From Macrostomum lignano (Eukaryota), in the NCBI GenBank assembly GCA_002269645.1, contig NIVC01000754.1:1-64000 (forward strand): 64,000 bases of DNA, read 5' to 3'. The translations under genes were made by a program, and so were the position numbers. Below are positions 49,038 to 59,056 of this stretch, piece after piece. Each line of letters begins with the position of its first letter. The stretch's first letter is position 1. The notes beneath the pieces are model-generated. The model was not told the origin of the DNA. It saw nothing but the letters and a program-made list of their open reading frames with translations, and did no database searches.

Positions 49038-52000
49038 TACTTACTTACTTACTTAGCTGCAGGGCTGTCCCGGAGGGGACACAGCGGGAAGGCGCGGGCG
49101 CCCATTCCGCTAGTCCCTGAACGGCCGACGCGTCGCTATGGACGGAAGGTTGGCGCCGCCCAGGGAGGTCCCCCAGTGTCGCCAGCAGCTATGGTGCTCT
49201 ATGGAAAGGAGAGTTCAGCCCTGCGGGTGGCCCGAAGGTAGCGCATGAGCTGATTAAAGTTTTCGGGTTTGCACGCTTCAGTAATAGATGTGTGTGGCCC
49301 GAGGTAAGTGAGTCTGGCCCGCGTGAAGGCGGGACAGATGCTGACGAAATGCTCAGCGGTTTCGTCACCTGAGTTGCAGAAACTGCAGATGGCGTTGGTG
49401 GCGTTGCCCTGCAGGTACTGGTGCCTGGAGAAGCAGCCGTGACCAGAGAGGGTCATGGTGGCAGCCCGGATGTCTCTGCGCGAGAGGCGCAAGAGGAGCT
49501 TCCGGAGCTGGTGAGAGGGCTGAGGGACAGCGCCTCTGGATTTCCTGCAGTTCGTGCGGTTCGCCCAAGTCGAGCGGTGCTGAGTCCTGATCCACGCTTT
49601 GATGCGCGAGTCGATGACACAGCCAGGAATCGGGACAAGAGGTTCGGGGCCGAGAGAGGAGCCGGAGGCACCAACTTTTGCAAGGGTGTCAGCCAACTCA
49701 TTTCCTCGGATCCCCACATGCCCCGGAACCCACTTAAGGGTAATTTTGTTGGCGGAACCCAACACGTTGAGGAGTTTGATACAGTCGAGGACTGTAGCAG
49801 AGTTGGTGCTGCAGCCACTAATGGCGTGCAAGGCAGCTTGGCTGTCCGAATGGAAAATGATGTTCTTACCAGTAACGCCAGTGGCGAGAAGCTCTGCAGT
49901 GCAGGAGCTGATGGCCAGAACTTCATTTTGGAAAACACTGGAGTTGACCCCAGTGTATTGAGCGTGGGTAGCGATGACCCTCCCGTTCAGAAAGATTCCA
50001 ACACCAAAGCCGGTGTTGGCTGACTGCTTAGAACCGTCGGTGTAGCAATGAAGCTCACCAGGGTTCCATTGGTCATTGATGTTATCGCGCGAGTCGATAG
50101 CTACGGAGTAGCGCTGTCTCAGGTTGAGCGTTGAGGCAATGCCATCGGTGAAGACGCGATTGGCCTGACACTCGTTGAGAAAGTTGAGGCACAGATCGCT
50201 ATGCGGGACAAGGTTCCGCTTAGCAGGTGCTCTCATGTAAATGAATTTGATGCTGGCATCAATTAGACGCCGCGTCGTTCTAGCCGCCTCACCCCTGATG
50301 AAGAGGTCAAGAGGCGGAAGATTAAGGAAGGCCCCCATGCCAGCAAAGGGCGTGGACCTGGTGGCGTTGCAGATGAGCCTACACGCTCTGCCTTGGATCG
50401 TGTTGAGCAGGTCTGCATGGCTTTTGACCTGGGTAGCGCTAACCCAGACAACAGAGGCGTACGTAATGGCAGGTCTAACTACGGAAGTATAGATCCACCA
50501 AAGCCGCTTTGGGGATAGACCCCAAGAAGTGCCAAGTGCTCGTCGGAGCTGGGCCAGGATGGCTGAGGCACGCTTGGCTTTTGCTTTCACGTGGGAGGAC
50601 CAGTTGAGCCGGTGGTCAAGTATGACCCCGAGACATCTGGTCTGGTGCGCGAAGGCAATATCTCTGCCGTAGAGCTGCAGAGGACGTATGTTCCAGCGTA
50701 GTCTGCTGGTAAACATAATGGCAACGGTTTTGGGCTCAGAGAGTTCCAGACCATTGTCATTGGCCCAGGATTCTGCTTTGCGGATAAAGCTCTGCATCAG
50801 ATCCCTGAGCGTGCTGGGAGACGGTCCTGCCACAATGGCCGTGACGTCATCAGCATACCCGACTTTGAAGACGGGGTCGGGTCGGGAGTCACTCAAAAGA
50901 GCGTCCATGACCAGGTTCCAGAGCGTCGGGGTGAGGACTCCGCCTTGGGGTCCACCCTTACAGACTCTGGTGGAGGCATTTTGCCCAAGAAGTTGGGCAG
51001 TGACCGTACGGTTGGAGATCATGTACATGATCCACCGTATGAGGGTAGCATGAGCTTTGCGATTTTGAAGGGCCCTCTGAAACGCTTCAAAGATAACGTT
51101 GTCGAAGGCGCCGACAATGTCAAGAAAGAGAGCCAGAGCGTAACCGTCACCCAGTACCGCCCTTTCAATCTTCTCGACAATCGCATGCAGGGCGCTGTCA
51201 GTCGACCTCCCGGTACGGAAGGCGTGCTGATTATTGCTGAGGGGCATCGCTGTCAGCTCGCAGGAGAGCAGCCGCCAGAGAATAAGCCTCTCAGTGAGCT
51301 TAAGCATTGCTGACGTTAAGTTAATAGGCCGGAAGGCCTTGACGCTTTGGTAGTCACCCTTCCCAGGTTTGGGAATAAAGACTACCCGAGCTTCAGTCCA
51401 GCATTTGGGAACGTATCCCAGCTGGATAGAGGCCCGCATAAGATTGCGGGTGAGTCTCAGGAACGAGGGTATCTTGGCTGCTTCACGAAGGAGAACAGGG
51501 TAGATACCATCAGGTCCAGGAGATTTGAAGGGTTTGAAGGTTCTGACCGCACGAGCGATTAGGTCTTCAGTGACAATGCCCGCCGCTAGGGTGGCTCCAT
51601 CCATCGAATGGTTGGGCTCCGGTCTAGCAGTAGGTACCCTCGGGAAGAATGTGCTAAGCATATGCTGAAGCACTTCTTCAGGGTCTTTAGTAAGGGAGCC
51701 ATGATCTTTTTTGATCATGGCTAATTTGGATATTTTGTCCATTGTAAGGGCCTTGACAAGCCTAGAAGTAGGTCTGTCTTGATCCAATTCATTGCAGAAT
51801 TGGCGCCACTTACATTCCTTGGCCTTGCGCACTTCAGATTTGAAATTGCGGGAGGCTTGCCGGAAAAGCTCCATGTCCTCCGGGTTTCCGGTCTTCATGG
51901 CACGGCGATGAAGGCTTTTGGCCTTCCGCCTGAGTTTCCCCAGCTCCGGGTTCCACCACGGCGCCGAGGTCTTGCCTTTGTAGGCGCGAGCAGGACAAGC

Positions 52001-52882
52001 CGCTTCGTAGGCTTCAATAATGCAACCTGTCAGCGTCTCAGCCATATGATCCACATCCTCGCAGGTCTCAATCGGACGTAAGTCCGTGAGTTCCTGCAGG
52101 TGCAGATCAAGGGCAGCCTTGTAGGCCGCCCAATCAGTGTTGCGGATATTGCGTCTCCAAGTGATCGGAGACTGGGTTTTAGTGTCCGCGATGTTAAAGG
52201 CGATAAAGCAGTGGTCAGACAGGGAGGGCTCCTCAGACCAGACTCTCCACTCCTCAACTCTGTCAAAGAGTCTTGGGTAACGAGTGTGGCGTCGAGGACC
52301 TCGGTCCATCTGCCATTATTAAAGGTAGGAGTGCTGCCGCGGTTGCAGAGCATGAGGTTTGTGTTAGAGATGAGGGCCAGAAGCTCCTCTCCTCTAGTGT
52401 TGGTATCTTTGCTGCCCCAGTGCTTGTGGTGCGCGTTGAGGTCGCCCCCTAAGCACAGCTCAGCGTTCTGGGACTCGCAGTACTGCGCGAGGCGCAGTAA
52501 ACTCTCAGGAGCAGGGTCTCTGTCGCCTGGGATATAAACCGAGGCAACAAGACACGTACGCGGAGAGAAATGATTAGATTGGATGACGCAAAGGTCTCCA
52601 TCAGAGAGATCAGTCCTCAGCCAAGCCTGGAGATGGCTAGCAGCGAGGATAGCCGCTCTAGGGCGACTGTTCCCCGGGCCACACACAGCCAGAGTAGCCA
52701 GAGGGAATGTTGGGCAACTTACCGTTGCGCATCCAGGGTTCCTGGATCAGGATGAGGCCTGGCCTGTACAGCTCAGCAATCTTCATCAGATTTACTGACG
52801 CAGATACGCAATGCTGTAAATTAATTTGCAGACAGAATGTCGCTCCTTTGGCAGCGTGGAGCTTAGTCATACTGTATTAAAT
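49038..52882 (-). mobile_element. LOA/R1-group non-LTR retrotransposon (EN-RT-RNase H), ORF1 absent
   Basis: QINLQH, LIQEPW, GGDLNAHH, SDH (APE; frameshifts near 52680 and 52310); RT PQGGVL, GYADD; RNase H YTDGSK, SDSQAAL, WVPGH; (TAAG)n tail; 7-bp TSD GCAATGC (49031-49037, 52883-52889); empty site at 36166-36172. Confidence 0.92.
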
Positions 52883-53189
52883 GCAATGCAATTTCATCTA
52901 CTTCGCTGAATATTGTCTATTTTGACTTTAGATAGCCAGCGTACCTATATTGATTTTCAGGTACTTTTTAACGTAATTAAAATTGCTATAAAAATTATTA
53001 GAACTATAAAAAAGTATTAAAACTTTTCTCCAAAACAAGTGATTCAATAATCATCAATGATTCCATAATTATCACACAGATAGCCCCATAAAGTGAAGCC
53101 CCGTTGTTTTCAAGCTTAAAACATGTTTTCACATTCTCTAAAAAATCTAATTTTCATAAATAATGCCAATCCGTCAATCAGTCAGCACT

Positions 53190-53430
53190 TCATCCGCTTA
53201 CAAAGTAGTCTCCATTGGTGCTGCTCAGACTGGCAGGCGGGTAGGCGAACCTCAGCAGGTGGCACAGGCGCTGCTGGCCAGAGAAAATCACAGCCTGGCA
53301 GTCAGCTGAGGCCTCGCACGGGATCAGGCAGTACAGAGCTGTTTTGGCGGCGAGGCTCCAGGAAGTAGGCACAGTCGACGAGACGTTGAGGCTGGGCATA
53401 TCTGCGACTGCTTGAAGCAGCTCCGCTCCG
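53190..53430 (-). pseudogene. WSC + PAN gene copy E, exon 2 only
   Basis: Exon 2 with a 2-bp insertion (CAGATATG); exon 1 missing; both flanks match copy C. Confidence 0.82.
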
Positions 53431-54025
53431 CTCAGTTTCAGTCGTTTTTGATATTTTGACCAATGACGATGTACATGTAGCGACACTGGACGTTATTCTT
53501 CCGAAATTGCCTATTACGTGCCGTTGCAATTTTATACATGTGCTTAGTCAATGCAAACGGAGTCTGCGACATTGATATCAGTGCGCTTGCACTGCAGGTA
53601 CGAGCTAAGTTGTGTTGACTCGCATCAGTGCAGTACTTGCCTACTTGTGTGCGAATTATGTTGGGTTAGCTGTTTCGCACCCACCACCTAATTGACTGAT
53701 ATGACTTATTGGCTTCGTTCATTAGATAGAGATCAGTGACTGTTTCTGGTTACACATAAAATTTGCACCAAGTTTTTCTCTGGAAATTTCTCAGGATTCT
53801 GTCGTGCATGTATCCGCAGATGCAGAGAAATTATCATGTCTAATGTATAAGTTGAATTACTCCAAGAAAATTTGTATCGTCTATTAACGCATTATTATAC
53901 TGTTCTGCTCTGCATAAGTTGAATAGGCGAGTTGCTTTCTTCTTTCACCGCATTTTTTTACCAAAGGTTATGCTCGTCAACTGTGTTAACCGTGTTAACT
54001 GCGTAATATGGCGCCACCAGGATTC

Positions 54026-54862
54026 TGTAACGCCTGCCAACGTTGTTCCTATTGATGGGTTTCGACCTTCGGGCTCCTTGTTAGGGAAGCCTTCGGGCCT
54101 CAGGCTCAGAAATAAATCAATTAGAGACCTGGCCCCCCACTCCTGTCAGATGGTCAGCCCCATGGTAGCTTGATCGTGTGGCGAGCAGTCTAGGTCCTAT
54201 AGCTAAGAGAGGGACAGCGAGAGACGAGCAGGGAGAATTTTGAAAGTAGAAATTAGCTAATCCGCAGATCAACTAACTTGCTGCCACCAGCCCGTGCGCC
54301 CTGGCTCACCACACCGGGACTCTCGAAATCGGGCTTCCGACTAGAAGGGGCTTTGCACTTACCTGCCAACTAGTGTCTTTTTGCTGTCAATCTCGAAGTC
54401 ATAGCCGATGATAAGGGACACTGCTGGGACTAGATCGCATTGGCCATGCAGGTACAGAGAGGACTTGTGCAGGGGATTCTTGCGGTGGCGAGTCTATGGG
54501 GTAGCTACATGTACTATTACATTGCTAAATACGAAGATATGTACTTTTGGCCTTCAACGCGCCAACTAGCCTCTCATAGCGCTGATGATAGGCTAACTCG
54601 AACTTCAGAGACCGCATGATTCATTTACCCGAGCCGCTTGGCTACCCTAGAGTGCACAAAGCACATCTCTGGCGCCGATCCTGCACTTCTGGCAGTTTTG
54701 CTCACTGATTTGATAGATTGGTCGACTGAGAACTGCCTTGCCATTGGTCCACTGTGACCGGCGCCTACTAGCTTAGCTACTAATCTGAGCCATCGGCGAA
54801 CAAAGAAATAAAACTGATAAAAATAACTGTTAGATTTAACCTTCTCCTTAGTTCACTTCACA
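54026..54862 (+). mobile_element. Probable solo LTR (about 840 bp)
   Basis: TGTAAC...TTCACA with AATAAA near the 3' end; imperfect 4-bp flanks ATTC/CTTC. Confidence 0.45.
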
Positions 54863-55038
54863 CTTCAGATTGAATTGGAGTCTTAGACTACTAGCAGTAT
54901 TATTGAATGTCTTCTGCCTCAGTAACAGCACTACTGAACAAAATGAGCAAAAGTGTGCGCCTAATTCAGCTACTGCAACAGGGGACAGATAAGGGATCAC
55001 CCAATCAAGCAAGTCCAGGTAGCCTCTCACCCAACCAA

Positions 55039-55657
55039 TCAGAAACTCAACAGCCGGAGACCAGGTAATCCCCAGTGACCGAATCGGCTCGATGCTCTGC
55101 AGCTGTAGACTCGGGATGATGCTGTCACAATCTTCGCTGTTAGCTGTTGTTCCTTACATGTCTTTCTATGCCTCGCTAGGTTCGATTTTACGATTGTGCT
55201 TCCACATTGCTGACATTTTACTCTTGACGCATCTATTTCCGTCTCGCCTTGGCACACCTTCTCATGGTTCGCCAGGGTCGCTTCCTGTCGGAACTCCTTG
55301 TCGCATTTGTGGCATCTAAATTTCACCGGCTCTTTAAACACGCGATGCATCCTCTTTTGGTGGATGGTTAGTCCGCCCTTGCTTTTACACACTTTGCCGC
55401 AGAGTTCGTACTCGCATTTGAAGCCATCTCCAACCTCTCTCGGGTTCATTTTTACGTGGTACCGTTCTTGACTTCGTTCGATCAGGCTGTTGTCACTGTC
55501 CGTCTTGGCCTTTTTTCCTTGCACTCTCTCCCACTCTTGTAGGTGTACAGTCCGCTGGTGTACTACGTTCCGCCAGTGTTTCCTGTCTAGAACGTGGCGT
55601 TCGATGTCTTGCGGTTCCATACCGGCTTCCCGGATGAGGCGCTTCCAGTAGGATATG
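55039..55657 (-). mobile_element. RTE-like non-LTR retrotransposon 3' fragment, cut by the Polinton
   Basis: ISYWKRLIREAGMEPQDIE..DRKHWR and C-terminal zinc fingers CGKVCKSKGGLTIHQKRMH, CHKC..HEKVC; reading frame stops at 55657. Confidence 0.72.
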
Positions 55658-55694
55658 AGTAGTAGGGGTTAGCAGAACACGGCCGACAGGGCGG

Positions 55695-55950
55695 AGATAG
55701 GAGGAGGGGGTAATGCATTGGGATAGGAGGGACGGCCTATCTCTTTACACTGGGGGATGGTTAACACTGCAGAGATAGGAGGAGAGGCGCCCTATCTCTT
55801 TACATTGGGATGGTTAACACTGCAGAGATATGAGGAGAGGCGGCCTATCTCTTTACATGGGGATGGTTAACACTGCAGAGATATGAGCCCTATCTCTGTG
55901 CATTGGGGACGGCTAAGCACTGCGGAGATAAGAGGGGTGGCCAATCTCAC
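55695..55950. repeat. 53-bp subterminal repeats, each with an internal hairpin
   Basis: Units at 55754, 55807, 55860; AGAGATAGG...CCTATCTCT inverted pair per unit. Confidence 0.85.
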
Positions 55951-56805
55951 TGGTTTACGTACTGGAGAGATGGCTCCTAGAGCCCTGATCGCCTAAAACT
56001 TACAAGCCTTCGCTGAGTAGCAGGTATGGGGGAAGGATGAGCATTGCAACTACATGTATAGGATTTCATGTAAGCATAAAGCAGCAGTAGGAGCAGAAAA
56101 CGAGAAGCGCGTATGAATAAAATAAATAGTGGGTGCTGTGCGTATACTGTGCATGTAAATGGCTGTGTCTGACTTTTGAGATGGTATAGAAATGCAACTG
56201 TTTTTTAATCATTTATGCATAGTAGAAGATACTGAAATTATAATAGGCTCGTATGCTTTTAAAAATTTGCCAATTCGCAGGTTTTTGTTTGCTTACTCTC
56301 TCGGTCTGGAGCTTCTTTTTTGCAAAGTATGGCTGCGCCTTCTTCAGAGATCAATTAAGTTGTAAACTGATTTAAGGTAGCCTTGAATTTTCGCCCCCTC
56401 CAGATAACGCATTGCAGCGAAGTGATATCGGGGTTGTCTGGCTGGCTCGATTGGGGCAATAAAGTTTTGGAACATTACTGTTAAAGATTATATTCCAAGT
56501 TGTTTTCGTCATAAAGCAACGGTTTGTATTATGCATGCGTCGGCATAACGTTTTGAAAAAGGATGAAATGGGCCCTTTCGTTTTTATAAGATAATTTAAA
56601 CTTGAGGCCGAGGGTATATGGAGTCTACACTGGCTGCTTGTATTTACTTGTGAATAAAAGACCATTATAAACGTATAACGCTATGGATCCTATATAAGAT
56701 CTGCTGGCCCGTTACTGCTGATAGTAAATTTGAAAAGAATATAAATAGAGAGGAGCAGCAGCTGAAGATCAAGTAGCGATTATTAGTGAATAATTTCATA
56801 TTAGA

Positions 56806-57780
56806 ATGTCGTCCGATTGGCAATACGAGGTGTGCATGACTTGTAAAAAATGCAAACAAGGTGGACTCCGACCGGATCGACATAAAAACTGCACGAACGT
56901 GACGAAGTGGAGTGTCTGCTGGCAGTGCTCAAAGGTTTCTCTATATGAAGCGAAGAAGAGCGCTAAGCAATCTAAGGCTCATCGGGGTCACCAATTGCTG
57001 CCTGGGACTAAAGACACAGCGCGATCTTTTCGACGAATGGTAATGGGAGCGGCGAGGCGACACATGGAGCATCAAACGGCGGAAGTGGCAGCAGCCAAGC
57101 AGCGATCGAGCGTGCTCAGTCAAGTAATTAATGGTGTAATTCAAGCTCGAAACGACAGCCTAAGTTCCAGCGATGAGTTCGTAGACGTAAATACTAGAGA
57201 ACCCTCGATACTTCCTCAGCCAAACAATGGAATGGAAACTGAGACAGCTGACGCAGTGCAAGCCATTGTACCTATTAGACGTGCTCCATCCAAAAGAGGC
57301 AAGCAAATGGTTCAAATCGATAGTTCGATGATTGAAGAAGAAGGCGACGAGATGGAGGAGGACGTCGAACTTGACGGCTTTGCTTCTGCTGCTGCTGGTG
57401 CCCCGGTTGGCGCCGACTCTGCTGCTGCTGCTGGTGCCCCGGTTGGCGCCGACTCTGCTGCTGCTGCTGGTGCCCCGGTTGGCGCCGACTCTGCTGCTGC
57501 TGCTGGTGCCCCGGTTGGCGCCGACTCTGCTGCTTCAACCAAAATTCCAGCCACAGTCACTGATGCAGCTGTTACTGTTGCAGATGGTCATGATGAGCTC
57601 AATGAGCTGCTAGCATCCATCGACCTGCCAACGACGACGATGGCGCCGGCAAATGTTGCTGATATTAATGAAAATGCTGGTGCTAACTATTTTACTTTAA
57701 ATCTGCTATTGCCGCACGTGAGTGGAGCTGGGTATGTTGTGCAAGTTGACGGCAATAAAATCACTCTTACCCCGATGTAA
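56806..57780 (+). CDS. Polinton-associated hypothetical protein, 324 aa, Cys/His-rich N-terminus and 11-aa repeats
   Basis: Long ORF flanked by AT-rich spacers; CMTCKKC, HKNC, CWQC, HRGH; AAAGAPVGADS x4 (33 bp). Confidence 0.6.
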   Translation: MSSDWQYEVCMTCKKCKQGGLRPDRHKNCTNVTKWSVCWQCSKVSLYEAKKSAKQSKAHRGHQLLPGTKDTARSFRRMVMGAARRHMEHQTAEVAAAKQRSSVLSQVINGVIQARNDSLSSSDEFVDVNTREPSILPQPNNGMETETADAVQAIVPIRRAPSKRGKQMVQIDSSMIEEEGDEMEEDVELDGFASAAAGAPVGADSAAAAGAPVGADSAAAAGAPVGADSAAAAGAPVGADSAASTKIPATVTDAAVTVADGHDELNELLASIDLPTTTMAPANVADINENAGANYFTLNLLLPHVSGAGYVVQVDGNKITLTPM

Positions 57781-58486
57781 TTTCCTATTTTATTTTCTCT
57801 GTACTCATACAAATTCGTTTTTATTTGGGTTGGTGTGGAGTGTGGACGTTTGTTACAATATATTAGAACCGTGGGTTGGTAAAGCATTCATGAGGATATT
57901 GGAGTAGAAAAAGAAATACTTGTGTGTGTGCACTATCCAAATATTAATATTCAAACGAAACCCATATCAGCTTCTGTTTTGCTTGTAATGGTTTTCAGGA
58001 CTACTTCAAATGCTAGGGTGTGTTGCTATAGGGGATATAGGTTGATTAAATGATTTTTATGATGTACTTTTCACCTAAAATAATTGCTTAATAAACTTAT
58101 CTAATGTTTCGAACTCTTGGTCAATGTTCTTTAAACTTATGCATGCATGCTGCAGTTTCAAATGGAGCTCGCTGCTGTTAATTGTCAGGTAATAAACATT
58201 GCATGCCCTACTGAATCAAAATAAACTTGCTAGTAAATTAGCTACAGTGAAAGTGAGTTTTCAAAGTTTTTGCTTTACTTCTTTGTAAAAAAATGGATCT
58301 AGATAAGTACGCTCATAGATAAATAGATTATGCGTGATTTGATCGCAAATTAAAAAAACAGTGGATTTTTTCTGAATAATAATTAAAAGTGGCAAGTCTG
58401 TTAGACAACTGTATAACGCTTTTAATTGCAAGCTCTTAGCGCGAATAAGTAAACTTAATCATTAAATTTGCATATTTAAATGAAAT

Positions 58487-58945
58487 ATGGGTTTTGTTTT
58501 GATTTGGAAACACTTTCAGTCCATTAAAGGCGCTCCAGTTTTGGTGGACTACGCTAAGTCTGGCGAAGATTGGCCTATGACCAATGAGAGCTGGTCTGAG
58601 TTTTGTGAAGAAGAAGAAGACTGGTCTGAGACGGATGACGAAGACTGGTCTGAGTCAGATGAAGAAGACTGGTCTGAGTCTGATGAAGAAGACTGGTCTG
58701 AGTCTGATGAAGAAGACTGGTCTGAGTCAGACGAAGAAGAAGTAGACTGGTCTGAGCCCAAGGAAGACTTGTCTGAGCCAACTGATGCTAGCAGCAGCAC
58801 TGCCACAAACATCAGCACCAGCACCAGCACCAGTATCGCAGGTTACATGGAGAATAAAGACAACGTTGAAAATGAAGGTATGTGCAAGTTTTCTCCTAAA
58901 GTTAGTTGTGTTTCTGAGCTTAATTATCATGATCTTAACCAATAA
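58487..58945 (+). CDS. Acidic DWSESDEE-repeat ORF (possible upstream exon of PolB)
   Basis: 24-bp repeat about 7 times; acceptor TTTCAG at 58519 and donor G|GTATGT at 58878. Confidence 0.45.
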   Translation: MGFVLIWKHFQSIKGAPVLVDYAKSGEDWPMTNESWSEFCEEEEDWSETDDEDWSESDEEDWSESDEEDWSESDEEDWSESDEEEVDWSEPKEDLSEPTDASSSTATNISTSTSTSIAGYMENKDNVENEGMCKFSPKVSCVSELNYHDLNQ

Positions 58946-59056
58946 AGAGCGAAAAATCGGATTCTTTTGGCTTGCAAATTTTGAAAATCGTTTAAAACAA
59001 CAACAAAAATTTAACACACGATGTAAGTGCGATTCCTTTATTACTACACAATTCAG

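Noticed and set aside
59023-59056. Alternative 34-bp intron (GTAAGT...TTCAG) joining the 58785 frame to PolB
   Set aside because: In frame but very short, and the upstream frame looks non-coding; the 58878 donor is the better candidate, though neither is proven.
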